This document shows positions 48,054-61,000 of a stretch of DNA of 64,000 nucleotides, in pieces. The stretch's first letter is position 1. The number at the start of each line of letters is the position of its first letter. Source of the stretch: Cyanophora paradoxa CCMP329 (taxonomy: Eukaryota; Plantae; Glaucophyta); contig QPMI01000560.1 of NCBI GenBank assembly GCA_004431415.1, positions 372,001 to 436,000 of the forward strand. Reading direction: 5' to 3'. The position numbers and the translations under genes were made by a program. Under the pieces are notes generated by a model that searched no databases, was not told the origin of the DNA, and saw nothing but the letters and a program-made list of their open reading frames with translations.

Positions 48054-49466
48054 CTAATCGAGGGCCTGGCAGCAGAGGTAGGCGCAGCAGGCGCAGCAGA
48101 GCATGGGGCAGCACTGCTCCATGCCGCCCATCCCGGGGCGCCCGTAGCCTGCGGAGGAGGCGCTCAGGGGGCGAGTGAACGCGAGGGGGGACAGGGCGGG
48201 AAGGGCGGACCGCCGCCGTAGCCGCCCATCATGCCGCCCATAGGGTTGCCGCCCATCATGCCGCCCATCATGCCGCCCATGGGGTTGCCGCCCATCATCC
48301 CCCCCATCATCCCGCCCATGGGGTTGCCCATCATCCCGCCCATGCCGCCCATCATCGGCCCGCCGAAGCCGCCGCCGTAGCCGGGGCGGGGGCCTCCCAT
48401 GCCGCCCATAAGCGCCATGCCTGCGCGGCGCGGCGGGGGTCAGCCTCGGTCCAGGAGGGAGGGGCGGGAGGGGAGGAGGGAGGAAGTGGAGGGGGTAAAA
48501 GCTCACCGGCCATGGGGAGGAGCATGTCGCCGAGGCCGCGGTCGCGGGCGACGGGCTGCGCCGGCTTGCTCTGCCCGAAGCACGCGAAGAGGCCGCCGGA
48601 CTCGGAGAAGCTCATCGGCGCCGGGGCGTAGATGAGGCCCGTCTTGGCGGTCACGTTCGCCCCGCCCGAGGCCAGCACGCGGTTCGCCGCCGCCCGCCCC
48701 TCGTCGTTCAGGTTCGTCTCGAAGCGCCCGTCGCCGAGCTCGATCGAGGTCCGCAGCGCCGCCACTGCCCGCGCGGGCGGCCCCTCAGCCGCGCTGGACG
48801 CGAAGGCGAAGGCGGCGGCGGGGAGGGGGAGGGCGGACGGAAGAAGAAGACGTTGGAGTGGAGGGCGCCGTACTCGGGGCCCTGGTGGCCCGGGTCCCGT
48901 TCCGCCTCCATCACCGCCACGTCCCCCGCCGCCGCCAGCACGGCGCCCGTCTCCCCCCGCTTGATCGCCTGCGTCAGCTGGTACACGTCGCTCCCGAGCT
49001 GCCGCGCGTTGCGGCCCGGCGCGCGGATGTTCGCCACGATCGCCGCCGGGCTCGCGTTCGCCGGCACGCCACCCTCCAGCGGCTTCGCGTCCAGTACGCT
49101 CCCGAACTGCGGGCCAGCCTCTCGGCCGGCGCCGGTGCAGGCGCAGGCGCCGGGGCGGGCGGGCCGCACCTTGGCGTAGTAGCGCTCGTAGAGGGCGAGG
49201 AGCGCGGGGCGGCGCTTCAGGGCCGCCTCGTACGGCGCGCGGCGGTGCGTCGCGTTGAAGCTGCGGGGGAGCGCGCGCGTGAGCTCGAGGGCGCGCCGGC
49301 CGGGGCGGGGGCGGGGTCCAAGCGGGCGCACGCGGTGTTGAAGATGCGGAGCTGGAGGTTGGGGTCCTGGGTCTGGGCGATGCTGTTGAGCGCGTCCAGG
49401 CCGCCCTCCTCCGCGAACACCGTCGGCTTGACTGCGCGCCCCGCGCGTCAGCTGCATCTGCACCAT
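48054..49466 (-). CDS. Hypothetical protein with Gly/Met-rich repeats and C-terminal Cys-rich CYSTM-like membrane anchor; start uncertain
   Basis: GGMMGGNPM repeats, then EQCCPMLCCACCAYLCCQALD*. Confidence 0.6.
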
Positions 49467-50054
49467 TTGCAACCGCCGCGGCCGCTTCGCTTCCCGCCGC
49501 GTCGCCGGGCGTTCTCAAGGCGGTTTAGGCGAGCTATCGCGGTGACTCTGACAGCTAGAGCGCCGGAAGTGGGGCCCGGTTCGAGCTAGGGCGCGCTGGT
49601 TTCCGGCCGTGCGTTTTTCTTGTCCTTGAGGAATCAGGCGGGGCAAGGAGACTTACTGTCGCCGGATGCGAGCGCATGGTTGTACCTGCGTCGGCCGTCA
49701 GCTCAGCGAGGCTCGCGCGAGGGGGTCTTCAGGCACGACCCGGCCGACGACGCGTAACCGACTACATCGAATTAGAGGCGGGGAGCTTCCGAAACGCTTT
49801 CGCTGCCCTTTATAGCCCTAGCATGACCTCTATCGGCCGGCGAAATGCGCCGCCAGCTCTTGCGAGAGGAGCACAGAAAACGCACTGGGTGAGCTGCTCA
49901 GTCAGGAGCGGAACATTCTGGCGGTTCTGCTGGATGGTGCTAATCAGCTGCCGGGAGTTCATCTTTGCGAGCTGGCTGCGAACTTCGTTGCGAAGGCCTC
50001 GTACCCCCCGATAGCCCCCGTAAGAGCCCCGTTGAACCTTGGCTTTTGCCAGCG

Positions 50055-51518
50055 ATGCGGCCCTCGGCGTTGTTCCGCGCTGCCCAGGCCGTTGCACCGA
50101 TCAAATCGGCCTCGCGAACGGTGGCCCAGCGTGCGCGGGGAGTTGCAACCTTGCCGGCCGCTCTGGGCGCGCCGCCGGCCGGCGCTGCGCATCGCGGCTT
50201 GCGCCGCGTCCCGCGGAGGCTCCTCTCGTCCGACAGCAAGCTCCCCGTCTTCGACGATCCCAACCCAGGCCCAAGCGCCGCGCCGCCGGACGCCAACGCT
50301 GAGCCGGAGCAGCCGGCTGCGACGGAGGAGAACCTCAAGTTCGTTCACGCCGCGCCGCGCGGGCCGCCCCACATCTAGCTAAGCGGCGAGGCGGCGCGCG
50401 GGACCTGACGCGCCTCGCGTTCTCGTGCAGGCACCTGAACGAGCACGTGACGACCTGCTACGCCGCGGGCATGTACCGCGACGTGCGCGGCGCGGCGCGG
50501 CCGTTTGCCGCGCGCCGGCGCTCAAGCGCCCGTCCGAATCCGCCGCCGCGCAGGCGCTGGAGGCGGCGCTGATGGCGGCGGGGGTGGCGAAGGCGCTCTT
50601 CGGGGACGCGCACCCGGCCGTCGGCAGCGCGCTGAACAACCTCGCCCTCATCCACAAGTCCCTCGGCGAGGTCTGCCCCCCCCCCGCCCCGCTCCGCCCC
50701 GCCGGCGCCGCCTCAGAGCGCGGGGGCGCAGTACGACGAGGCGGCGCGGCTGTTCAGCGAGGCGCTGAAGGTGTACTCGGCGGTGCACGGGAACGAGCAC
50801 GCATCGACGCTCACCTGCATGCTCAACTTCGCCGCCGTCCTCCGCGCCGTCGGCGACCTCGACCGCGCCCTCCCCGTCTACAAGAAGGCCCGCCCGCTTC
50901 GTCCAAGTCGAAGTCTAAGTTTCGCTTTACCTAAGCTGACTCAGGTGGTGGAGGGGCGGGGGGCGGCGAGCGGGGAGCGGAGCGTGGAGTACGCGGTGGC
51001 CCTCTCGCACCTCGCGGGGCTCCACAGGGACCGCGGCGAGGCCGGCGAGGCCGAGCGCGCCTACGGCCTCGCCCTCGATGCCGCCCGCGGGGCGCCCCCG
51101 CCGGCCGGCGGCGAGCGCTCCGCCGTCGCCGGCGCCATCCTCAACAACCTCGCCCTCCTCCTCAAGGCGCGCGAGCCAGCGCGCTCGGCCCCTGCTCTCT
51201 TCTGCCTGCTGAGGCTCTGGGCGGGGCGGCAGACGCAGGGGGAGACGGCGCGGGCGGAGGAGCTCTACAAGCAGGCGCTGGAGATCCGGCGGGAGGTGCT
51301 GGGCCCCGAGCACCCCCTCTACGCCGAGACCGTGCGCCCCCGGGGCCAGCACCAGGCCTCCTTGAAGGCCTCTGACGCCCCTCTCTTAGGTGCACAACCT
51401 GGTGGAGCTGTACAAGATGACGGGGCAGGACGACCTCTCCGTGCCCCTCCGCAAGGAGCTCGCCCGCTTCACCCCCGTCGACGTCGACCGCTCCCGCCCC
51501 GCCCGCAGGGCCCTCTAG
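50055..51518 (+). CDS. Kinesin-light-chain-type TPR repeat protein with mitochondrial-like presequence
   Basis: HPAVGSALNNLALIHK, HASTLTCMLNFA, ILNNLALLLK, ALEIRREVLGPEHPLYAET; leader MRPSALFRAAQ. Confidence 0.8.
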
Positions 51519-51732
51519 CTCCAACTGCGGCAGCCCCTGTGCTCTATGGCTGTAGCGCTCAGCGGCTCGCTAGCTGCGCATGCGCTGTAGCTTTCCGATC
51601 GCGAGTCCCCGCCGCCGCGGCCGCGCGCCGGCGCCAGGCCGCGGGCCGAGAGGATCGATTTACTGCGAGACTCTGCAGCTGAGATTTAGAGCTCGAGGCC
51701 TAGGATTTAATGTATACGTATGCGTATTCGTA

Positions 51733-51856
51733 TTGATAGTAAAGTAGTTTACTTAGGTCAACCCGCGAGTAGACGTAGAGCAGCTGTACCCGAGGCACGA
51801 CTGCCCGCCCCTCTTCAGTTGTTGTACCCCGAGTGCGCCGTCGCGCCTCGAGCTCT
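51733..51856 (+). repeat. Ngaro repeat A1
   Basis: TTGATAGTAAAG...CTCGAGCTCT; near-identical to 57426-57548. Confidence 0.95.
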
Positions 51857-51881
51857 GCAGAGCGTTCCGGCCGTACGCAAC

Positions 51882-53900
51882 ATGGTTGTCGAGACCCGTG
51901 GCCGCACGGCCACTCGCGCAGCCTCGGAGGCGGGACCATCGCGGTTCCAGAGTGCACCTCCCGACCCGCGCCAACCGGAGGCGCCAGCAGCTACACCGGT
52001 AGCTACAGCGGTAGGAGATGCGGGCTCGCAGCTGCAGACGACCTCAGATCTGCAGCCGCCCGTCGGGATCGCCCCTGCGCCAGGGCTCGCCTCGCACTCC
52101 GCGCAGGCCGAGCAGCAGCATCCCGGCGGCCCCGCCGCTCCTCCTGCGTCGACAGCGAGGCTGCTGCAGCAGACTTCGCACGCGGCTGCCGCCCCCCCCG
52201 CACCCGCGGGCGGGGGTTCCGCGGCCGCGCCGTCGACCCCGGCATCCGGATCCGCGCCGCCTCAGCCCGCCCCCGTGCTCGCACCTCGCATGCCGGAGGC
52301 CGAGCTTCGCGCGCGCCGCCGGCGGGACCCCTCGCAGTCCTGCCCGGCCCCGGATCGCCGGCCCCCGTGGTGGATCTGTCACAGCTCGGCCCGATGCTGA
52401 CCCAGCAGCTCGCGGCGAGCGTGCAGCAGGCGACCGCCTCAGCGGTCGCGGCAGCGGTTGCTCCCCTGACGCGCGACCTCAGCGCCCTCGTGAGCGCCGT
52501 CGACCAGCAGCGCATGGTGCTGGCGCAGCACCAGAGCCTGCTCGAGCACGCGCAGCGGCCCGCCCCAGCCCAGGTCACGCACCTGCCGCTCGAGGCCCCT
52601 GCCCCGCTGCCGGCCCCGGCACCCCCGCCGGCGCGGCCCTGTCCCACCACGTCCCCACGGCGACCGCCGCCGTCCCTGGTGCTGTATTCGTCCCGCGGAG
52701 CGCACCGTCCCGCCCCTTCGTGCACGGCGCCGCCGCCGACCCGCCGCCCACATCGCAGACCGATGTCGATATCTCTCAGGCGGTGTCGCAGGCGCTGGCG
52801 CGCGCCCTGCCGGCGGCGCTCGCAGGGGCCGGCTTCGCGTTCGGGGTGCCGGCGCTGCGCCCCCTCGACCGACGGGAGCGCTCGCGTCAGCACCCTTCCC
52901 GCGCGCATCTTCACAGGCCCGGCCGGTGAGCGCCTCGTAGCGGCGATTCGGGCGGGGGGCCTTTCGAGCTCCGTAGGCTCTTTCTAGACCCCGTCTTCTC
53001 CCCTCCGCCACCCAGTCGGGCCTCGCGTCCTCCGCCGCGGACGCCATCGCGGTGTCCCTCGACCCCGTCTCGGGCCGGCTGGTCCTCCAGGCGCACTCCG
53101 CCTCGTCCAGCACCGGCACACAGCGCGAGCAGCTCGCCTTCCCCGACCTCCTCCTGTGCCTTCAGCTCCTCGCCTTCCAGATCTCCACGGACACCATGCT
53201 GCCGGTGGAGGAGCGCTGCCGCCGCCTCGAGGCCCTGTCCCGGCTGCAGTACGAGATCATCGTCCTTGCCCGCACGCTTCCGTGGGAGCGGGTCTTCCCG
53301 TGGGTGCAGCATCACCTTGCTGACGCCCTCGCCTGCGCCGAGGACGCCGACGGCCGGTACCGCGCCCTTGGCCACCACAGCATGGCTCTCCTCGCGCGCA
53401 GCCTGCCCGAGGGGGGGCTCGGGCTCGGGGGCCCCCTCCCCTTTCACGCCGGCAGCATCGTGGCCTCGGCCGCCGCCGTCGATGCAGCCGCCCGTCCGGC
53501 CGGCGGCGGCCGGGCGTCACGCGCCAGCGCCGCGGCGCGCCCGCCGCGGCCTCGGCGGTCGCCGCGCTCGCGTCCCCGCCCGGCACCGCGCCCAGCGGCG
53601 ACACTCGGGCCGCCTCCGGCTCCGGCCGCTCGCGGTCCCGGGCCGTACAGGATGCCCTCGACCGTGGCGCCGTCTGGCACACCGAGGACCCGCGCTACTT
53701 CGGCGTCAGCCCCGCCATCTGTTGGTGCTTCAACCAGGGCATCTGCAAGAACGCCGTCAGCGACGGCGTCTGCTTCTTCGGGCGCCACATCTGCGCCCAG
53801 TGCCACAGCCGGGACCACCCCGACTGCGCGCGCCGTGCCGCCACCGGCGCCGGCGCCGTCGGCCCTTCCTGAGCACCCCCCGCAGGCGGCCGCAGTTCCC
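51882..53900 (+). CDS. Gag-like ORF with Cys/His zinc finger (frameshifted)
   Basis: Starts MVVETRGRT; CWCFNQGICKNAVSDGVCFFGRHICAQCHSRDH at ~53717-53820. Confidence 0.65.
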
Positions 53901-54449
53901 GCTCCCTGCGGCGCGCCAGACGCGGAGCATCATAGGAGCCCTCCGGAGGCGGTGGCGCCCCCTCTGGCGGCAGCGGTGCGCCCATCGCCGCCGTCCCCGC
54001 CTCCGCCCCCTTCGGTCTCGGTCGCGGCCCTCCCGCGGCTAAGTCCGATCGCCCCCCCCTCGGCATCTTCCCCCCGGGCTTCGCCCGTCCGGGCACCCGG
54101 TGTTATACCAGCGTCCAATGTCCTGGGCCGTTGCGTCCAGCGGCCTAGCGGACAGGACGTTGCGTCTGTTGTCCCCGAGACCCGCAGTTCGACTCCGTCC
54201 GGGTCCACTTCCGCCGCTTCGAATCCGGAGCGGCGCGTTTCCACGGCGACCGCCGTTGCCCACGCCCAAGACCCGCGCTCGATTCCCGCCGGGTCCTCTT
54301 TCGCCGCTTCGACTCCGGAGCGGCCCCCTTCCACGTCGGCGGCAGCTACCGCGCCGCGCGCGCGCCCGCGCGCATCCGCAAGCAACCGCTGGCCCCCCTT
54401 TCGACACGACCGTCCCACCTACCCCACCAGTGCCGTCGGCGGCGCCACG

Positions 54450-56000
54450 CTCCCTCCGGGACTGGCGCCCACGCCCGTGAACCTCCCCAACCTTCTGCAG
54501 CGCTGACGGACCATCCGGACCCCACGCTCGCCGCCCGCCTGTCCCAGGGCTTCACTCACGGCTTCCCCTGCTCTACCGCGGGCCACCCTACTCGGCGGTC
54601 CACAGGCCCCATCCCACGGCGCTGGAGCATCTCGACGCCGTTCGGGCGGACGTCGCCAAAGAGCGGGCTGCGGGACGCATGGCCGGCCCTTTCCCGCATC
54701 CGCCCTTCGCCCCCTTCGTCGCCTCGCCACTCGGCGCGGTGCCGAAGAAGCGCTCCCACCCGCCCAAGTGGCGGCGCATCACCGACCTCTCCTATCCCCG
54801 CTTCCGCGGCTTCAGCGTCAACCGCGGCATCGACAATGCCCCCTCCACTACACCTCCCTTCGGTGGCAGACGCGATTGAGCTCATCATCACGCTGGGACG
54901 GCTCACACAGCTGGGCAAGGCCGACGTACGCGACGCCTTCCGCCTCCTGCCGGTTCGCCCGGAGGACTACTGGCTGCTAGGTGCCGCCCTCCCCTCCGAG
55001 GATCCACCCGCCCGGCGAGTACGACTTCTACTACGACATGGCCCTCCCGTTCGGCGGCCGCTCCTCCCACGCACGTTCGAGGACCTCGGGCAGGCCCTCG
55101 ACCATGTCCTCCGCCGGGCCGGTGTCCTCTTCCTGCGCTACGTCGACGACATCCTTGTGCTCGGGCGCCCTGGCACCGCCGAGTGTGCACAGTCGATGGA
55201 GGCCCTGCAGGCCATCTGCTCCCACCTGGGCATCCCACTGGCCGCGGAGAAGCTGGAGGGGCCCGCCTTCCGCTTAGTCTTCCTTGGCGTTGAGCTCGAC
55301 ACCGAGGCGATGGAGGCGCGCCTCTCCGCCGGCCGCTACGAGGACCTCGTGTCACTCCTCGGCCGCTGGGAGGGAAAGCGGCACGCACCCGGCATGACCT
55401 CCAGTCCCTCGCCGGTCTCCTCACCTCCGCCACCGCCGTCATCCCCCCGGCCGCTTCTTCCTCCAGCGCGTGCTGAGTCTCATCTCTGCCCTGCGCGAGG
55501 ACCACCACCGTGCCACGCTCCACCCGGCTTCCACGCAGACCTCCGTTGGTGGCGCTTCCTGCTTGCCGAGCGGCACGGCGTCCGCCTCCTCCCCGCTCAG
55601 CCCGCTGGGCCGACTCGCGGGAGCTACGCCTGGAGACTGATGCCAGCGGCGTGGGCTTTGGCGCCGTCTTTGGCGACGCCTGGCTCTTCGGCGCCTGGGC
55701 CGACCACCCCGACATCCTGCCAGCATGCCCTGGCGCGAGCTCATGGCGATCGTCATCGCCGCCGCCACGTGGGGCCCCAGTGGCACCGCCGGCGGATTAA
55801 CTTCCACACCGACTGCGAGCCGGTTGCCCTTGCCATTGCCAACGGCTACTCCCCCGCCCCGGCTTCGCCACCCTCCTCCGCACCCTCTATGCCCTTTCCG
55901 TCCTCCACTCTTTCGAGTTTCGCGCCACGCACATCGCTGGCCTGTCTAACGTCCTGGCCGACCCCTCTCCCGCCTCCAGATCGAGCAGTTCCGCCGACTG
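54450..56000 (+). CDS. Reverse transcriptase + RNase H (frameshifted)
   Basis: SPLGAVPKK..KWRRITDLSYP, KADVRDAFRLLPV, LPFGGRSS, YVDD at 55139-55150, FLGVELDT, TDASGVGFGA, RELMAIV, FHTDC. Confidence 0.9.
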
Positions 56001-56079
56001 CACCGGTCAGCGGATTCTTTGCCGACCCCGCCTGCTGGCCGTCGATCGACCCCTTGCCGCCCTCGCCACGCACCTCTAC

Positions 56080-57064
56080 ATGTCCGGCTTAGCGGCCAGC
56101 ACCCGCAGGAGCTACTCGTACCCGCAGCGCGAGTTCATCGAGTTCTGCCTCCAGCGGGGTCTGCACGACAGGCAGGGCTCGGTCCTGCCGGCGTCGGAGG
56201 CTACACTCTGCTTCTTCGCGGCGCACCTCTTCCGCCGTGGCGGCGTCGCCCGCCATCCATCCGCACGTACATCACGGCCGTGCAGTCGCTGCACGTCGAC
56301 TCCGGCTTCAGCACTTTCTGGGGCTCCATGCCGCGCCTCGCCCGGCTCCTCGAGGGCATCGCCCGCGTGGCCGACCCTCGCCCCAAACTCCGCCGCGACC
56401 CGATCACGCGCGGACAGCTCAGTGACCTCGCCCAGTATGCAGCCGCCCACCCGTCACCTGAGACGCGGCTCCTCTGGGCCGCCTTTTCCACCGCCTTCTT
56501 CGGCTTCTTCCGCTGCAGCGAGGTCTGTGCTGTCCGCCTCCCTGTGCCCGACCCGGCCCGGCTCTTCCAGCGCCGCGACCTCCGCTTCTTCACGGACGAG
56601 GGCGAGAGCTTCGCCCGCCTCCGCCTGAAGAAGTCGAAGACCGATCAGCGAGGCCAGGGCTGTGACGTCGACATTCCCATGTCGGCGGCCTGGAGTGCGC
56701 TCACTGCGCCCTCGAGGCCCTCGCCCTCTCCTGGACGGGCCCCGCCCGCCCTGACGCCTACATCTTCGCACATGCCGCCACCGGCCAGCCGCTGACCCGT
56801 TCGGAGCTGCATGCCGCCCTCCGCAACTGGCTCCACGCCCTCGGCTACGCAGCCGACCCCCTGCTGCCGCACAGCTTCCGCATCGGCGCCGCCACCGCGG
56901 CGTTCGAGGCCGGCCTCCCTGACTACGCTATCCAGCTCCTCGGCCGCTGGCGGTCCGACGCTTTCCAGCTGTACATCCGTGCGCGCCCCGAGCTCGTCCG
57001 CCGCCAGCGGGGCCTCCTCCTCGCCAGCAGCCACGCGCCCCCAGCCGCAGTGCCCTCCAGCTGA
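56080..57064 (+). CDS. Tyrosine recombinase (frameshifted)
   Basis: LAASTRRSY, FFGFFRCSE, LKKSKTDQRGQG, HSFRIGAAT, LLGRWRSDAFQLYIR. Confidence 0.92.
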
Positions 57065-57135
57065 CCTTCATTCATCACACACCTCTCTCCATGGGTGCCA
57101 GCGCGCGGCGCCCACTTCGCAGCCGCCGCCCGCCT

Positions 57136-57425
57136 CGGCGCCTTGGTCCTGCCTCTCCCTGCTTCACGTACCTAGGCCAGACTGCCGTACCCAGGACAGG
57201 TGTTGCGAACTAGCCCTAGTTCACGTACCCCTCTGCCTGCTACGGACTCTAGCCCAGTTTCACGCTCAGGATTTTCACAGGCCCGAGGCAGTCCCCTTCT
57301 TGGCACCCATTTCGAGTTGTGTATGCATATACTAGATTAGCATATGACCATGCTAGCGACGCAGAGCTCACAGCACTGCGGGGAGTGTACCCCTCTATTG
57401 CTAAGAGTAAACTCGCTAGGGTTGA
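57136..57425 (+). repeat. Ngaro repeat B1
   Basis: Near-identical to 57574-57864. Confidence 0.95.
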
Positions 57426-57548
57426 TTGATAGTAAAGTAGTTTACTTAGGTCAACCCGCGAGTAGACGTAGAGCAGCTGTACCCGAGGCACGACTGCCCG
57501 CCCTCTTCAGTTGTTGTACCCCGAGTGCGCCGTCGCGCCTCGAGCTCT
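57426..57548 (+). repeat. Ngaro repeat A2
   Basis: Copy of 51733-51856 directly abutting B1. Confidence 0.95.
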
Positions 57549-57573
57549 CCCACCCGACCCTACCCTATGTATA

Positions 57574-57864
57574 CGGCGCCTTGGTCCTGCCTCTCCCCTG
57601 CTTCGCGTACCCTAGGCCAGACTGCCGTACCCAGGACAGGTGTTGCGAACTAGCCCTAGTTCACGTACCCTCTGCCTGCTACGGACTCTAGCCCAGTTTC
57701 ACGCTCAGGATTTTCACAGGCCCGAGGCAGTCCCCTTCTTGGCACCCATTTCGAGTTGTGTATGCATATACTAGATTAGCATATGACCATGCTAGCGACG
57801 CAGAGCTCACAGCACTGCGGGGAGTGTACCCCTCTATTGCTAAGAGTAAACTCGCTAGGGTTGA
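57574..57864 (+). repeat. Ngaro repeat B2
   Basis: Copy of B1; ends GCTAGGGTTGA. Confidence 0.95.
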
Positions 57865-58043
57865 CTGGCTAGGAGCGGGGCCGGGGGCCCGAATCCGGAG
57901 GGGGGTATCGCGCAGTAAAACTTGAAAAAACAGCGCGCGGGAAGCTTTAAGCTTGAGATCGGCTCGCGCGCAGTACGGCCGCGGTGAGCTGCGCGGTGAG
58001 GCCGCGGTGAGCTCCAGCGCCCCGGGTGAGCGGCCCGGCAGCA

Positions 58044-61000
58044 TGAATGTCGCCGCCGAGGATCAGATATCGATGCGATTCGTCATAGAACTGCGCGAAG
58101 CGCCATCAGATTACGAGCACCCATTCATCATAGAACTGCGTGAATCGCTTCGAATCTCGGCAGCTCGGAGTGCATTCGCAGCGGCGGCTCGGATCGCAAT
58201 CAGCACGCAGCTGCAGCTGCAGCTGCAACATGGTTCGATGGATGATGATGCATGCGCATATGATGACACTTTCTGGGCAAATGTCGCTGGAGGCATCCGC
58301 TACATACTTCTTCGGTGGAGAGATCAAGCTGCGCGCGTCGCGCGGTGGCGCGGCATTCGGTCGTATGGGAGGGCGTGCCCGCGGGTGCGCATGCATCCGC
58401 ATGTATGACGCTGCATACGGTTAACTCCTCTGCAGGGTGTCTGGCTCCTCAAGGACCGCTCGCGTCTCACAATCAAGATCAATATCCCCGCGGCCGCGGC
58501 CGCCTGCAGCTGCGGCCGTCGATCAACCGGGCACGGCCGCCGGCCGTGGCAGCTGCAGGGCAGCCGCGGGCGCCACGACTTCGCAGCACGCGTACGGCGC
58601 TTGACGCAAAGAAGATTGATCAAGACATCACCGTTGCTGAAGGACCACATCACCGTTCCGCCTGAGCTCCAGCTCAGATGTAGAAACCCCGTCGAATCGT
58701 ACAGCGCGTGCTTCTGCACGCGAGATATCGTGTGCAACGGGTGCTCTTTACCAGTCATTCTGTTCCACCGGAATAGCATTCCCCCTACGGACGAAGCGGA
58801 TCCCCTCGAGTACGTTGCCGCCATTGAGGTTCGAATTTCACTCCAACTCGAGAATGCGCATGTGCCCTCGCCTCCTCGTGTTCCTTACTGTTGTGCTCGC
58901 GCACATGTACAGGATTACCTGGACAATGCTGTGCAGGCACTTGGCCCGGAGCATGCTTTGAGCGCCGCTTGTGCTATCTACCTTGGGCGTCTTCATTACG
59001 CTATCGAAAGCCGGGTACCGCAGCATGAGGACCGAACAAAGGCTGCTGTGGCCGATGAGGCCCTCCGTCTTTATGAGGTGCCCCGCTCAAGCTTACAGCT
59101 CTGCCTCTGCCTCGCGCCCACTTTGCCCTGCAGCTGGCGCTGGCGCTGTACGCGGGGAGCGCGCGGCTGCGGGCGGCGAGCAATCTGAGGGACCTTGCGT
59201 GCCACGCCAAACGGGCCGCTGACCTTTGCATGTCCCGGGACAATTCCCCCGGCGTCATTCGGGCCCTCGTCGTGCGTCGGGGGCCTGGCGCCTCGCCCTG
59301 GCCATCGCCCCCACGCAGCTCATGTTCTTTGACCCGGCAGTGGATGCTCTCGTTCCTCCAGGAGATCGAGCCGCTGGCGCACGAGGAGATAGTAACGACG
59401 GAGTACACGCTGAGTAGCCTCCTGGTCCTCTTCGGGCATATCGACAGCGCTGAGGCGTACTTCAGGGTGTGCTTTGCCCCGCATGGGCGCAGTCCACGGC
59501 CCACAGCCCATGCCCGTCAGCTCGCGACGTGCACACCGCAGGCTGCTTTCTTGCATGATCGTGAGCAGTCGTGCGAGGCAGGCAAAGAGGCGGTCGTTGC
59601 GCAGCTATGCTGCGCGCGCGAATCCAGCATCGTCGCGATTTTCGCCCGCCTCGTCCAGAACCACCTTGACGCTGGGCGCTCTCAACATGCCCTTGAAGTC
59701 GGACAGGTCCCGTGACACTTCCACCCCCCGATCGCCCACCGGCCGCCGAGAGCTTCGCAGATGCTCGTGGCGAGCGCGGAGCGCGTGTGCTCTGCCTGCG
59801 TCGCGCGTGGCGACCTCGAACGAGCTGCGATGGGCCTCGCGAATCTCTGGCACCGGTTGAACGACCTGACCGCCGCCGAGGCGATCGTGGAGGTGCTACG
59901 CGGCCCCCTTCGCGCCCCTGCCCATGTACATATGCATGTGACTCACGCCGTCCCCCCCCCCCCCCCCCCAACGCCCCCACCCCTACCCTCCCGCACACCC
60001 CGCAGCGGCTCGTGTCGGAGACAGAGCGGCGCCTGGGCCCTGCGCACCTCCGTGTCGGCTCTGCCCTCATGAATCTCGCCCGCTGCCAACTCGCCGCCGA
60101 CAAGCCGCTTGAGCTGGTCGAGATCAATGCCCGCGTGCGGCCCGGCCCGGTCTCTCGCCGCGCCCAACCCGCAATTCAGAATTGCCGCAGCGCGGATGGG
60201 CGATTCTCGAGTCGGCTCTGGGCCCGACTCACCCGGATGTGGGGGAGCATCTCGTCTTCTTGTCCATGCTGTACGCGCGAGCACCGCACCTTGACCCCAG
60301 CATGCGAACGACCACCGGCATGGCGCGCGCCGTCGGCCCTCTCCCTGCCCGCGCTTCTCACGAAGGGTCTACATCCCTCGCAGCTCGTGTACGACTGGGC
60401 GCGAGCAAACAAGCGGCCACCGCCTGGAACATTAATGTCGTCCGAGGACCTGGTCTCCCTTCCGGCCTCGCTCTGCGCCGGCCGTGAAACACGCTGACCG
60501 CCTCCCAGAAGGAACTTGGCTGTGAAGTCACAGACGAGCCTGACCGGGTTCCGAAGAGTCGCCTTTCGAACAAGCTGGAGCAGCGGAGGCGGGAGCGGGA
60601 GGAGCGGCAGCGGGCGGAGGAGGAGCGGGCGCGGGCGCGGCGGGAGGCCGAGCGCGCCGAGCGCGCCGCCCGCGACGCCGCCGACCGCGTGCGCGCCCCC
60701 CGCCCCCGCCCGCCCCCGCCGCCGGCCGAGCGGCGCGGCAGGAGGCGGCGCGGGGGCACGTGGAGGGCGCGCGGTGGGCCCCCGCCCGCAAGCTCCTCGA
60801 CGCACTTTTGAGGGCCCGCACGCCGCCCGCCACGGCGCCCGCCGCCACTGCGCCTGAGGGGCGGCCGCAGCGGTCGCCGGGAGACTTCGAGGCTCGTCTG
60901 CTCCGCATCCGTGCGCCGCCCGGCCGCTGTCCGCGGGCCCGTCGACCATCGCTGACGCCGCTGGCCCTGCAGGGTGCATGGCGGGGGCGGGCCAGCTGGC

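Larger units (their letters stand above)
51733..57864 (+). mobile_element. Ngaro-type (DIRS-group) tyrosine-recombinase retrotransposon, apparently full length
   Basis: Split direct repeats A1-ORFs-B1-A2-B2, with gag-like, RT/RNase H and YR coding regions in that order. Confidence 0.93.

Noticed and set aside
51882-57064. Programmed ribosomal frameshifting in the Ngaro ORFs
   Set aside because: The shifts are numerous, fall inside conserved domains and mirror the C-run indels seen between the terminal repeats.
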